From contig BDGG01000004.1 of NCBI GenBank assembly GCA_001949185.1, positions 1,265,620 through 1,329,619 of the forward strand: 64,000 nucleotides of DNA. Reading direction: 5' to 3'. Both the position numbers and the translations under genes were made by a program. Below, piece by piece: positions 11,951-24,880 of the stretch. Each line of letters opens with the position of its first letter. The stretch's first letter is position 1. Origin of the DNA: Ramazzottius varieornatus (Eukaryota > Animalia > Tardigrada). The notes below the pieces were generated by a model. It had not been told where the DNA came from and searched no databases. It saw only the letters and a list, made by a program, of their open reading frames with translations.

Positions 11951-14277
11951 ATGTCGGTCATTCTAGAAACAACCATCGGAGACATCACCGTCGATCTGCA
12001 CGTCGAGCAGCGTCCTAGAGGTAAGGATGTACTTTATAATCAACAGCGCTCTTCTTATAAATCGTCTCTTTTCTTCCAGCCTGCTTGAACTTCCTGAAAC
12101 TGTGTAAAGTCAAATACTACAACTATGCCGTCTTCTTCAACGTACAACGGGACTTCATCGCGCAGACAGGCGATCCAACCGGAACGGGGAAAGGTGGAGA
12201 ATCCGTTTTCAGGTAGGGTTCAGGAATGGATGTAAGGAAGGTGTTAGATTGGTATTCCGAGTATATCTGTGGTCGTAGTAAGCTGTACGGAGACCAGGCA
12301 GCTTTCTTCGAACCGGAAAAGATGCCACCGATGAAGCACGTATCGGTCGGGACGTTGTCTATGGCGAATAACGGGCATAGCATGCATGGATCGCAGTTTT
12401 TTGTTACGCTTTCGGAAAACTTGACATATCTCGACGATGTCCATACTGTCTTCGGACAAGTCACTGAAGGATTGGATGTACTGACCACCCTTAACGAAAC
12501 CATTGTCGATGGAACTAACCGTCCGTACCAGGATATTCGGTATGTACATTGAAATCAAACCGGAAGCATAATCTGCTCTCTGCCAGCCGGAAGTCATGGT
12601 AAATGTTGTAAATATGACTTCTCTATTACAGAATCAACCACACCGTGATACTAGACGATCCCTTCCCCGATCCCCAGGGACTTAGAGTTCCTTCCAGATC
12701 GCCTTCGCCGACACCAGAGCAATTAGACGTAAGAATTTTCTAAAAACAAGTTGGAAGGAATTTCCTGCTGTGTATATGGATGGATACTGTATACGGTCGT
12801 GTTTTTACTTGCAGACAGGAAGGATTGCGCCTGGAGAGTCAGTGGAAGAGTATCGAGGAATGACTGCCGCCGAAATTGACGAAGCGATCCGCGAGAAGGA
12901 AGCTAGAGCACATGCCCAGATCCTAGAAATGGTATGAGAAGTGTGGCTAGGAAACATACTGTAGTCAGTCATCTCTGTGCCGAAGAATGATGGTGAATGT
13001 TGTTGCTGTTTTAGGTGGGGGACCTACCTGATGCTGACGTTGCACCTCCTGACAACGTACTGTTTGTTTGCAAACTGAACGCTGTTACTTCCGACGAGGA
13101 CCTCTTCATCATCTTTTCCCGGTTTGGCCCTATCAAAAAGTAAGTTCCGTTTCAGCTTCGCTGTGGTCATGTGCACTGGTTCTTTAGAGGCCGCAGATCT
13201 GTAATTGACGGCTGGCTATTGTGTTCTGTAATTCCAGGTGTGAGGTGATTCGTGATCAGAAAACTGGCGAATCTCTTCAGTATGCTTTCGTTGAGTTCGA
13301 AAACGTAAGCAACTTCAGCTACTGTGCATCTACAGCATCGCTATTTAGCGGTAGCCTGTTACCTTTGTTTCTATTCCAGGAAGATGATTGCGCTAGTGCA
13401 TACTTCAAGATGGACAACGTGCTTATCGACGATCGTCGCATCCATGTAGACTTCAGTCAATCTGTGTCCAGGCTGGACTGGGTCAAACATCGTAAGTACC
13501 AAGCTTCAAGTGTCGCTATTAGAACACTACAGTCTAGTCTCTGTGATGATTTATACATGTTATCCACAGGAGGCAAACCAAACGGAAACGTCAACAGAAA
13601 CCTTTCCGGACCGAGACAAGAAACGCGGCAACAGTCATCTTCGTCTCGACAACGCTCCAGCCATAACCATGACCGCCATGGACCTTCTTCATCGTCTTCC
13701 AAGAGAGACGGCAACCGTCGCGTCGAAAATCAAAAACCTAATTTCTCTGCGAGCTCTTCAGCGAGGTCAGGCGACAGTACCCGAGGACCTACTCGTAGAC
13801 CTGATGACTCAAGACGGCAGAGAAGTCCATCACCGAGAAGGAAAAGCTCTCCTCACGAACTAATTCACAGTATTCTGGTTAGTTTGTACTATAGCTAGAT
13901 TGGAAGTTCGGCTATTCCACGTTCACCAATAACATCTTTTTCTTTCTCAGGGTCGTAAGAGATCCCCGAAAGCTCGACGGCGTGATCGCTCACCCGCAAG
14001 AATGAGTCGCAGTCGATCTCGAAAAGGCGGGCGAAGTAAGAGAAGGTCCTCATCGTCTTCTTCCTCTACGTCAGCATCCAGTTCCTCGCCTGCTCGAAGA
14101 AAAGACTTGTCACACCGGAGGGATGAACGTAACGGCAGCAAAGCATCGCGAAGAAGAAGGTCCTCATCCAGCTCGGACGACCGAAGAACCTACCGAACAT
14201 CGAAAAAGCGGCGCTCAGCATCACGCGATGCCGATCGAAGAGAGAGGTCAGAAAAATCTAGGAATTATAGAACATAA
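11951..14277 (+). CDS. PPIL4: Peptidyl-prolyl cis-trans isomerase-like 4 (cyclophilin + RRM + RS-rich tail)
   Basis: [16 protein letters not shown]...[12 protein letters not shown]...[17 protein letters not shown]; [10 protein letters not shown]; [12 protein letters not shown]; [20 protein letters not shown]; Arg/Ser-rich C-terminus. Confidence 0.95.
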
Positions 14278-15356
14278 TTGTGAAAACACGTAATGGGATT
14301 TTCGTTGATTGTTTTGACATAATTATACATTCTTTTCCACTATTTTTTTAGAAATATCATTTGTGGAGAGGGGAATCGACGTAGGCTTCGCAGAATGGAA
14401 TTTCTCTAGCAATGATAACGTTGCGTGTGGTGTAAATATTTCTTCAGGTTGGTCGAGAAAGTCGAGGCAGACTTTGCATGTTTGGCAGAAGTTCAGAATA
14501 ATATCCTAGATCATTACTTATCATCACAGATCAGAATGTGCAGACTTGATGTACGGCCTCGGCGGGTATTTAGAGCAGGAGGAGGCATCAGCAGGCTCTT
14601 AGACATCAACACGCAAATGACCAATCAATCTTGGCCAGTTGTGCCATATTGTGCAACGGAAGAATGCGACGACGTCGCCATCAGTTATCATTCTGTCTCT
14701 ATTGAGTGTGCAGTTGAGTCATCGTTGTGGTAGACGAAGGAGAATTTACGAGCTAGCACGGCGACCGGCCGACATGACTTCCGCTCGTCAAAAGAACGAC
14801 AGCACACACATGCCACGGCGTTCTTTGCATGCCGTCCGGCCGTAAACATGAGCTAATTATTTTGAAATAGACACGCCAGGCTATGAAGCTGCGGAGGAAG
14901 TTATGTTGGCCACATTGTGTGTTGGTGGATGTATGGCATCAACGATGGGAGTGGAACGGGGAGGAAGGAAAGGCTGTGCGGATTGTGTTTCGGGATGGTA
15001 CCGAACCACCTTCTGGTCCACCTCAAGCATTGTCCCTATCACTGGGTTATCCCAGCTGAGATTTATACACAATAAAAGTCGACTCTTCTCCTTCGTTTCT
15101 CTTCATCTTCTTGTGATCAGTTTTCTCCAACCGCCGACGAAACAATTTTTTCAGGATGAAACGAGTCTGTACACAGTGTGTAATTTTCGTAAAGACCGCG
15201 CCTAGCATATTACCGTATCGTGCTTTCTGAGTTTCGTGTTTTTTTTAGAACAGGCTGTGTTTTCCAGTATGTTACTCAGATACGCGTTCGAGGACCACGG
15301 ACTTTGCACTGCTGAGATAAAGGCTGTAACTGGTTCGAGGAAGAAGAATGGTGTTC

Positions 15357-15420
15357 GAGTGGCGCATCAAACAGCGACGCACAGTTGCTTGTGCGCAATT
15401 TATTTTCAGGGACCAGGGTG
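15357..15420. repeat. Palindromic dispersed element, copy 1 (degenerate, spacer 23 nt)
   Basis: GAGTGGCGCAT-N23-GTGCGCAATT. Confidence 0.5.
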
Positions 15421-16162
15421 ACCTTTCTTCTTCTGTGGATCTCGTTCGTATTGTGGGATGAATTTGACTTTTCGCTCAGTGCCGAACATAAACAAAGAAG
15501 GAGCGATAATTGCCAGTAATGAATTGCTGCATGCAAGTTGACAGTGAGGAGGAAATGATAGCAAGTGGGCGGAGGTGTATCACGCTTTAGTGCTTTCCTC
15601 CTGCGTCGATCGATCTGACGATCCAGCAGCCCAACAGTAATCACTGTCCACATCGATTCGTTGAGCTCGAGGCTGGATCACGGGATGACTTCTCGCGGGG
15701 CACATTAATGATGGATGGTACTTAACAGTTACAAAAATGTTGCAATCTTTTCGCGCGATCTTTTGAGCGGCGCATGCATGCCGCTGCATGGTACAATGTC
15801 CTCTTTACTCGCTAATTACAGCACCCCCTTTGACTGCTGAACATGCCGGCAAAATAATTGAATGAGCAGCGCTGGCCTTTCTCCCCATCTCGGTAGGAAG
15901 ATAATAAGAACTTACAGTAAAATCGAGCGTGAAGAGAAATGTGCAAATTGAGCGTTTAACGCCGCATGTCTTCACCGTTTTAAGGTGAGCGCTAATGATC
16001 TTCCTCGTATCAGTGACCTATAACTACCCTGCCATACGCGACCGTTGCCGGTCCCTTCGATGTTCCACTCGACAACCGAACCGACTGATAGTTCTCTCCG
16101 TTATCTGCGAGATCCCGAAAGCGTTCATCTCGACTGCGTAGATTGTGACACTATCATAAACA

Positions 16163-16282
16163 GGGATGTGGGCAAATCATTTGAGCCAGATCATTTGAGC
16201 CAGATCATTTTTCGAAGTGGTGCATACCCTCAGTTTGTACCAATGGAAACGTGCGCCACTTGAAAGCAACGATCCGGTTCGT
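16163..16282. repeat. Palindromic dispersed element, copy 2 (spacer 25 nt)
   Basis: AGATCATTTTTCGAAGTGGTGCAT-N25-GTGCGCCACTTGAAAGCAACGATCC. Confidence 0.8.
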
Positions 16283-16964
16283 CACTCTGAGCCACTTTTC
16301 TCGTTTGTTTTCTGTAAGGATCGGACCGGACGATTGTGCTAACTTACCATTTTCACTTCTAACTAGTTCCTGCACGGCCAGTTTGGCAAGATTGATTTTA
16401 CAAAAGACCGCAAGGCATGCAATTAGAATTAAAAGCTGCAGAATGGATCGAGCCAGCACACGGCCAACAAATTGTAGCTTTTGCCGTGGCCCATACCAGC
16501 TGCTACCTCTAATTTGCCGTCTTCATTAATGCGGCTCTAATAACAAGGCGCTTCGTAGCGCTGCAGTGCTCATGGAGGGATGGTACGCTGTGGCACCACC
16601 AAATACCAGCAACTGTAGTGGGCAACGCCCATATGCAAAGCTGAGCCGTTCATGCTTGAGAATTCTTCTACGCTGTCCAACGTGACGAAGCTACTGCAAA
16701 GTAAATCGAGACAAGTCAGGGTTGAAAAACCATTATTTGAACGCTGAATGGCTGGCAGGCTTTGGAACACAAACCAGCTGTCAAATCTTCTTGATTTGGT
16801 TGAGCTGTTGATTGGCCAGGTCACCGTAACAATTGTATTCGCCTGATATTACGCTCGTGGTACGCCGGCCCGGACAATTTAAGCTACAGCTTGAACTGAA
16901 AAAGTATAACCATAAGTTTACTCACTATGGACAACTTTTATGACACTTATTACTGCGGTATCAT

Positions 16965-17075
16965 AGAGATGTAACACACAGATCGTCGTCACAAGTGGCG
17001 CTCGTCTCCAGTGTTATTGGCTGAAGCATGCGCCACTAGGAAAAACGATCTGGGTGAACTCATACACCGAAGTCA
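16965..17075. repeat. Palindromic dispersed element, copy 3 (spacer 24 nt)
   Basis: AGATCGTCGTCACAAGTGGCGCTC-N24-ATGCGCCACTAGGAAAAACGATCTGGGTGAA. Confidence 0.8.
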
Positions 17076-17554
17076 GATTTCAGGACGATTTTGACATTTC
17101 TGTGAAAGGTGTTCTCGTATTGTTTCTGGTTCAACAAAAGTATGTATACCTGTACCGGCTGATAATTTGGATTGTATGTGGTCATGTAAACCTATCATAA
17201 TAACCAGCGTGAAGTGGAGAAGGTGACAGATAACCTGATGGAAATTGTTCGATAAGGACAACAACACGCTGCACTCCATGCCTGGATCATCGGCATGGGC
17301 ACAAGTAGCTTTAAATTAGTCTCACTTTACGCTCTTCGTCAGTCGACAGCAAAATTCCTACAAAGCGGCAGACGCTTTAAAATTATCCTACAATCGCTCA
17401 CACAGCGGTGGGTCTTCGGTGACTTCCTCCACCGCGAACACCGAATCGGTCTATCTAAATGATTAAAGACATTTGTTCTCCATTATTGTTTCTCAGCAGG
17501 ATATCTGTAGAATTTTATTCCTCGGTGTCGATGTATGTACCAACACTTCTTGAA

Positions 17555-17670
17555 AGGCCGGCTAACCAAGCGTACAAAATCTTTCCACTTCAAGTGGCGC
17601 AGCTTTCCAGCCAACAACAACGAATACATGCGCCAGTTGAAATGTTGCAGGTTTCATTCGCCGTCCTCCT
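17555..17670. repeat. Palindromic dispersed element, copy 4 (spacer 25 nt)
   Basis: CAAGTGGCGCAG-N25-ATGCGCCAGTTG. Confidence 0.75.
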
Positions 17671-18624
17671 CGTCTTTGCACTGATATATTCGACCGCATG
17701 AGCTGACCTTTCAAGCCAGCAAGGGTCGAAGTTTGTAGCACCCAAGAGACTCTTGTCGATTCATCCAATGTGAGGATAAAAGATTTCGGCGACGGATACG
17801 TTTACAGGCAATTGCCCAAGGCAGGATGATATATTTTGATAGCGATAAATGAAGGAGAAAATTGCGTCAAATCAGTGAGCATTTCCGCTTGGGTCGCTCG
17901 CGACCGTATGCTCAACTGAGCCGCCGCTCCTCCGCGTGCACGTATCATCTCTTTTCATATGCAGAGCGTCAGAATTTGACTTTTGCAATATGTATTGATG
18001 ATGGAGTACGAGTATAGAGGGATGGAAGGGAGGCCAAAGGCCGCACCATCGTTGTTGGCTAAAGCGTCGAAAATTAATTTAACCTTTGGATGTCGGATAC
18101 GGCGCATCCAGTCGATGCCTCCAGTCGATGTCTGATTATTCAGTTTATTCTCGGTATCATGATTTGACGGGATCGCATCACTGATCTGATCATGGTGCGA
18201 GATGATTGCGCGATGTGCCATCACCATCATCGATGATAATTCCCAATGAAGCGATTACCACTGCGATTCACTCCGTAGTTACACAAGTGCTTTCTTCATG
18301 GGCCGCTCACAGCTCAAATATAACAATGTCTAGCTTGACCACTAGCTTAGCGTCGTCGTTCAGGCTTAACGAGCCCAGGAAGTTTAGAGAAACCACAAAA
18401 CCTATCTAAACGTAATCTGGAAGAGACGATCGGCTTATGTGAAGACCTCGGGCAAAGAGTCACCCATATGAGTTCGCGCACGAAGTAAATATCGGGAAGA
18501 AGCCAGCAGAAAACAGTCGTATTCGTATATGAGAAAAGTGTTCGGAAAATTTTCTCGCCTTGAGATAGAGCGTCTGCGGTTTCCCGGAATGAATTTATCA
18601 TTCACGAAGGCTCGTGGAACCGAC

Positions 18625-18737
18625 ATGGAACGTTGTTAAACGAATTCACCCAAATGGCGCACGTTCTCAGTGTCATAAACTGAGCGAGTGCGCCAGCTTG
18701 AAAACGATCTGAGTGAATCCACTTACCAACGTCCCAA
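18625..18737. repeat. Palindromic dispersed element, copy 5 (spacer 25 nt)
   Basis: CAAATGGCGCAC-N25-GTGCGCCAGCTTGAAAACGATCTGAGTGAA...GTCCCA. Confidence 0.75.
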
Positions 18738-19470
18738 ATCTTTTCAGCCGAGGTTTTGAGTGGTTCAATGTTGGACAACCGCACGAAATTTATCCGCAAT
18801 CCTCGATAGATGTGATGGATATAAAAGGGGGCACAAAGCTTGTCCTGGATGCTTGGTCGGGAAAATGATAGTAAATTGGCAGCAATCATCTTCTCAACCC
18901 CATCATTATCTTACACTCTGGCGCAGGAATACAAGGCAAACACATCGAATGCTCGTATGGAGATTTCTGAAGAATGTAAAGCTCGATGAGCTGTATCCTA
19001 CACGCAAAGCTCCATTAATGACGATCAAACTCGCGCGAGTACTCTGTCTGATTCCACGACTTTTCATCAGATGATGCAGATGCATAGATTGAGGCCAAAT
19101 TTGTCTACATAGCTTCTTCGGTTCTCCCCATCAACTTCGCGCACGCTCAATCTCATCCCATTAAAATCCTGACTGAATTCGAAGGCAAATACCAACTTGC
19201 CGAACCCTACAATTAAAGGTCATCATTTCCTAAGATCGACGCTGTCAGATGCAGTTTCCCATCATAATGGATTTTCATTTTGAATTATCTTTCAAGTGAG
19301 AATCATCTGCGGATATTTTTATTCAAAATTTATTGCGCGGCGTGAAACTTATTTTTTTCGATAAGCCGAATATCGTATTCGGCCACATCCAAATATAATA
19401 TTGACTATCGTAAGCCAATGAAAATACAACGTCGAAAAAATAATGGAATAAAAGAATGTGGAGATTATCA

Positions 19471-21588
19471 TCAGCGTATTCTGTTATCGTTGACTTGAAT
19501 GTGAGAGACCGGCTTGGCGTTGAGCGGACTTCCGTGTGAAGAGAGATACATATTTTGTGGACTAGTGGCTGAATGATCGTGGTGCTGGTGGGGATGTTGT
19601 GGACTGTGAGCGAGGTCGCCGTTTACCTTTCCGCTATGCTGCACTGTCGAAGACATCAGTTTGCCGTTGTTTCCACCTGTCGTGGGTGCTTTGGCTTTGA
19701 TGGCTTCCACTTCATCGATATTCTCAATGTGGGTCTTCTTATGCTTGGCTAAATGGTCGGAGCGCATGAATCGCTTGTTGCATTTGGGTTCTTCACAAGC
19801 GAAGCGTTTTTCCCCTGCAATACAAAAACACATTATTCCGTATGGTTAATTTAAGATAACTTCATTGTCTCACCCTTAGGTAAATCGTCATGCTTCCCTT
19901 CTTCTAATTTTTTTTCTTCAAGAGAGAAACAAGCATGTTTGTTGCAGAGTATACGAACAAGGGTTCTATATGGGACGACGGCAAATGCATTCACCGAGAT
20001 CTTTTTCCAAGTGGCGCACGCATCAAGCCAAAGAAGTGAGAACGTGCGCCATGGGGAGAGATCCTGTTGAGTCTTATGCTCCCGAGTGGCGCACGCTTCC
20101 AGCTAATAATATCGAAACGTGCGCCACTTGAGATAACGATCCGGGTGAAATGATTTGCCGACATCCCATATGTTACATAGGGGAAAAATGAATTAATGGT
20201 TGCCGACAGCCGAGAGTTACCAAAGAAGACGAGAGATAAAAACTTACTTTACCTGTGTGTGTTCGAAGGTGTCGTTGTAGTTCATCGGAGCGGGTGAAGC
20301 GTTTACCGCAGTACAGCCAATTGCAGACAAAGGGCCGTTCACCGGTGTGCCAGCGTAGATGGGCTTTCAGATGTGACGTCTTGTTGTAGACCTTTCCACA
20401 CCCCGGGATATGGCAGTTGTGGAGGTTCTTCTTGCGGAGGTGAGCCCCGGCCGGTCCCAGTCGTTCGATCTCCCCACAGTTGGGGCAGTCACAGGTGGAG
20501 CGACCGGTGTAGCGGCGAGTCGTCCGCGAGTTGACCGTGCTAGCCAGCGCGGCGTTGCCTGGTCCCGCTTGAAGAAATGCGCTACCGGTTGAAGCTGGAG
20601 CGAAGCTGGCGTGCGGACCACTGGTAGCACCGGCACTGACCATCATGGATTTATAGTCGGGGAAGAGTCCCAGGTGTGAATTGACCAGGTTGTTGTATTC
20701 GGCATAATTACCAGGCAGGTTGATCGGTGACTGATGATGGTAGGCAGCACCGGCCGAGCTGGCTGAATTGACGTGATGGTTGAGATGGCCGTTGAGAGCT
20801 GAATGGGGTTCGCTGGCGGACATCCAGGCGGCGGACTGGGCCGCTGGTGAATTATACAGGCTGTTGTAGGAGTCCCACAGTTGACTTCCCACTTCGGCCT
20901 TGATGGAGCTCAGACCGTTGACGGCGCTCTGGCCGGGAAATGACCAGGATTCCATCATGGGGTAGGAATGCTGCATGCGGCTATACATGGCTGCTTGGGT
21001 GGTGACGTTCTGGTTGCTATTTCCGGTGGAACTGGACTGGGTCGCTGCGCTGCTGGATGACTGGCTGAACATATCCAAGGACAGCGGTCCTTGGTGGGAG
21101 CAATTAAAACGACGTAAATCAATGGCTTGCTGGGAATAATTCAATTTCGGTGGTGATAAATCACAATTAGCACTTGTTGATAATAAACAACTTTGCTTAT
21201 TCGATAAAGATACACTTTCGATATTGGACGACGGCTGATCAAAGGTCACGGCGGAAGCGTGACGAGAATGCGGCGGAGCTGCTGGCGAAGAAAATTGTAA
21301 GGAGGATGTGGTGGGGAATCTTCGTCTGGATAACTTCAAGTGTGACTGGGAGGAAGAGGACAATGATGATGATGGTAGGGCTAATGTTTCCTGCTGCAGA
21401 TGCTGCTGTGAAGGAGGCTGTAAGACTGTCGAAGGAGGAGGACGTGGGGGCGGCGGATGTCTAGTGGATATGGTGGTACTGTAGGTGCTGCTACGGCCGA
21501 TGGCGGCCTGAGCTAAAGGCGGAGGCGTTTTGTTGCTCAAGCGTCGACATTGGGCTGATAAGAGTGAAAGAGGCGTTGTATATCCCTC
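19471..21588 (-). CDS. Sp6-9: Sp6-9 (Sp8/Sp9, D-Sp1 class) zinc-finger transcription factor; short first exon not located
   Basis: Sp box [27 protein letters not shown], buttonhead box [14 protein letters not shown], three C2H2 fingers ([38 protein letters not shown]). Intron 19815-20252; acceptor AG at 21589-90. Confidence 0.93.
19971..20168. repeat. Palindromic dispersed element, tandem double-core copy (copies 6 and 7) in the Sp6-9 intron
   Basis: TA|TGGGACGACGGCAAATG ... two cores (20009-20054 and 20084-20129, spacers 24 nt each) ... ATTTGCCGACATCCCA|TA. Confidence 0.85.
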
Positions 21589-22712
21589 CTAGACCACAGA
21601 AAGAATAGCTGCTATAATCACGGATGACGCCCATTTTTACGCGTCAAGCGCCTCTTCACACTGGCGCAGAGTTCGCCCTCGTACAATTTCCACCTTCGTG
21701 TTGCCACATTGGTAAGATATTATACGTATTGTATCAGTGAGAAAACATGGCTCTTGATAGTAACGTTGACAGTGCAAATGCGGTGGAGGTTGTAGATAAG
21801 CCCCGCTAATCACCGATATTTTTTCGACACCACGAACCCATCTCTTTATATGAGGAGGAGAAAGACCTGCCCATAGCCCAGCCCAGCCACATACTCCCAC
21901 TATCTTTCAAATCTTATAATTAGACCGAAAATTGACCTTATTTAAAGACACAAAATTACCCTGTTTGATTTCTTGACGTGCATGACTGAGTTTACGAACA
22001 CATTTCCAGAAGACAGCAAACTTCGGAAAAGAGCAAAAGCAAATCTCACTCAAGTTTATCCTGAAACTTATCCTAGATTAAGTAAAACCATTTGTTAGCC
22101 CTTAAGAGTTTTTAGCTCGAAGCACGAAGTTTCGATATTGTCTGCAACAATGACGAGGAAAAGATTTGGCCGTTTCCAGCGGTGTGAGGTCACTTTGAGG
22201 TTATACGGACGATCTTCAAGCTGCGCTTTGAAGAAATCTAGCTGCCGGTAGGCGACTGTGTGAAGAATAATTAATGGGAGGAAATTATTGTAGCTGGATA
22301 GATTTCAATGGTATTGAGGGAATTTCACTCTTGACTTAGAGAGCTGCGCTTACTGTTCAAAGTGCAAATGATCCACCCTATATAGTATCCACCATCAACA
22401 CCCATTTCCACCCACATGCAACCGCCCTATTTGACTTTTTCACAACATCGGCCACATATTCATAATGCTTCTCTAGATATCTCCGACAACAATAGCCATA
22501 TCGACCATCAAACTTGAGGTCTCCTCGATTAATCTCAGCCATTTATGCGAGGCTGTGTATTCATGCGTGCAGGAAGGCCGCCGACATCGTTTCTTTCCCA
22601 GTCTATGCTCGAAATTCCGCTCTTTCAACTAATCCTACTTGTAAATGAAGCTCTAGCCTTCTCTTCGTCGAACAAATAACTTTGCTGATATTTTGACCAT
22701 CTTGAAAAACAT

Positions 22713-22830
22713 GTGGGAGTTGGGCAAATAAGCATAATTCGATCGCCATCTCAAGCGGCGCACCTTTTCGTTGTTATCGGCCGTTGGCGTGCGCCACTTG
22801 CAAAACGTTCTGGCTCGTTCCATTTGCCCG
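22713..22830. repeat. Palindromic dispersed element, copy 8 (spacer 25 nt)
   Basis: TGGGAGTTGGGCAAAT...GATCGCCATCTCAAGCGGCGCAC-N25-GTGCGCCACTTGCAAAACGTTCTGG...CATTTGCCCG. Confidence 0.8.
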
Positions 22831-24761
22831 TTTTTTGAATTGAACAGGAGTGTTCTTCGTCTTGCATTGCTTTCAGTCTCAAGTTAACCTCTGACAATGA
22901 CAGAGCAGATTCTTGCTGTTCGAAAAATTCGTGATCATGCACCCGGAAGCTAGATAGACGGAAGGGCGTGGAGGACTTGTGATGGGATGCATATGGCGCT
23001 GGCTGGAAAATCACAGAGCAGATTCACCGTGCGCGAACAGCTACGATAGAACTCCCGCGGCTATGAGCACGGTACTTATTAGCTCCTGGTTGGCTAGGGA
23101 ATCCCTTCTGCCATGTAATTTACAATGTAAACCACCATCCCTCGACATCACATCCAACTAGCCGGTATCGCATATCACTCGACCGTTCGGCGATACCCTC
23201 GCCCTGTGATGGATGCAAAATAGTCATTAAATGGCAACATTAATTGTCTCCAAAGGATACACTATCGTCAGGCCCGCAGCAACCCATCAAAATCGGCGGC
23301 GCAGTCCGAACATAACGACTAGCTTCCTGTTAGAAATTTATACTTATCTCGTTGCTCAATTAATCGTTGGGTTGCTCTTCAGATTAAAACTCTGACTTAC
23401 CGAGAGAACCTCTTCACCCTTACATACAGACAGCAGACAAATTTACTGAATCTAAATTTGTCGCGAAACTCGAATCGACATCTCATGTACTACAAAAGAT
23501 TTTTCCTTTAACGCTGGTGGTTTCCCGCGTGTGAGCTCTTCCTTGGTTCTCCATACTGCACTAACTTAGTATCGGCTTTGTTTGCTGTGATTTGCGTTGA
23601 TGGAGTTCTCTGTTTGCACGTTCTTAATAGAGAAAGAATGATAATTGGGCGTATGCAAACAGCTACTTCCTTGTTCGACCACTGAAGACCGTCCAACCGA
23701 AAGTTAGAGTAGACCGTACTTTAGTTTTAATTTGAAAGTATATTTGTCGGTTTAGTTCAGTGTAGATGTGAAATACTAGGGAGACAAAGATCGAAGAAGG
23801 GGTACACTGTCAGCGAAGCGCGTACCGCGCGCGTTGATGAGGGCACAGTGGAGGTGAGGGTGAAACAAAGACCTGTCCTGAAGTCGACCGCTTGCTTTGA
23901 TGAACTCACTCGAGTGCGAGCTTTTTTCCTGATTGTAAAGGTAATAAGGACAACCAGCTCTGAGAAACACTTATAACCTTGGGAAGAATTATAACAGCCA
24001 GAGATCGTTAATGCTCATTCCAACCAAGCCGGTAATGAAGCCCGACCAGCTAGAGGGAAGCAAAGAAACTTATGATGGCATTCCATTCAGCATTATTCAG
24101 CGGGAGTTCCGCAGGTAAAAAAGGCAACTTGACAAACGGAACAATAGCGGCCCTGTATTAATCACCGGAGAAAAGGAAGGGAAAATGTAATGCGGAGATG
24201 CTGAGGAAATGATTGAATTAGCCGGTCATGAAGGCCGCTCAATCTCTCTGGCTTAGACGGCCTCGTATGAATCGACGCATGGTGTCCTCGCTGGCAAGTA
24301 ATTGTCTTTAACAGCTACGGAGAAGATGCCGTGTTAATTAAGCCGCTGATGACTGGCCAAGCTCGAGGGAACGTGGGGTAAGATGAGTTGCCTACCAGTT
24401 GTCAAATGCGCCAGCTTCTGTCAAACTGGCCCATTCGGATGAGCTTGATCGATGTCCGGCCAGCGGGACCATCACGTCTGAATGTTCACTGCCGAAGTTA
24501 TTCTGCGCAACCAAAGCTTCCTTGGTCTGGGCGTCTCTTCGTCTACCTTGTTCTAATGATATTTCCTGTCGGATATTTTCCGCTGGGAGAAAAACGACTG
24601 TTTTTCGTTAATTTCGCCCAGTCATTCTGATGACTTTACTGCCAACAGACTTTTTCATACTAGTTGTTTTGGCTCAGAAAACATCGGCCAGACGTTCGTC
24701 GAAAGCGACAGTTTCAGGTTCACGTAACTCTTTCTAGAATAAGATGGTCGATAAATTCAAT

Positions 24762-24880
24762 AGCTGGGCGAATGAACCAGCCCTGATCGTTTTCCGAAGT
24801 GGCGCACTCTTTGAGCCTATAACAACGAGAGGTTACGCCACTCGGGAAAACGGTCCGGTTCAGCTCATTGTGCCAGCTCT
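24762..24880. repeat. Palindromic dispersed element, copy 9 (spacer 25 nt)
   Basis: AGCTGGGCGAATGAA...GATCGTTTTCCGAAGTGGCGCAC-N25-TTACGCCACTCGGGAAAACGGTCC...GCCAGCT. Confidence 0.8.
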
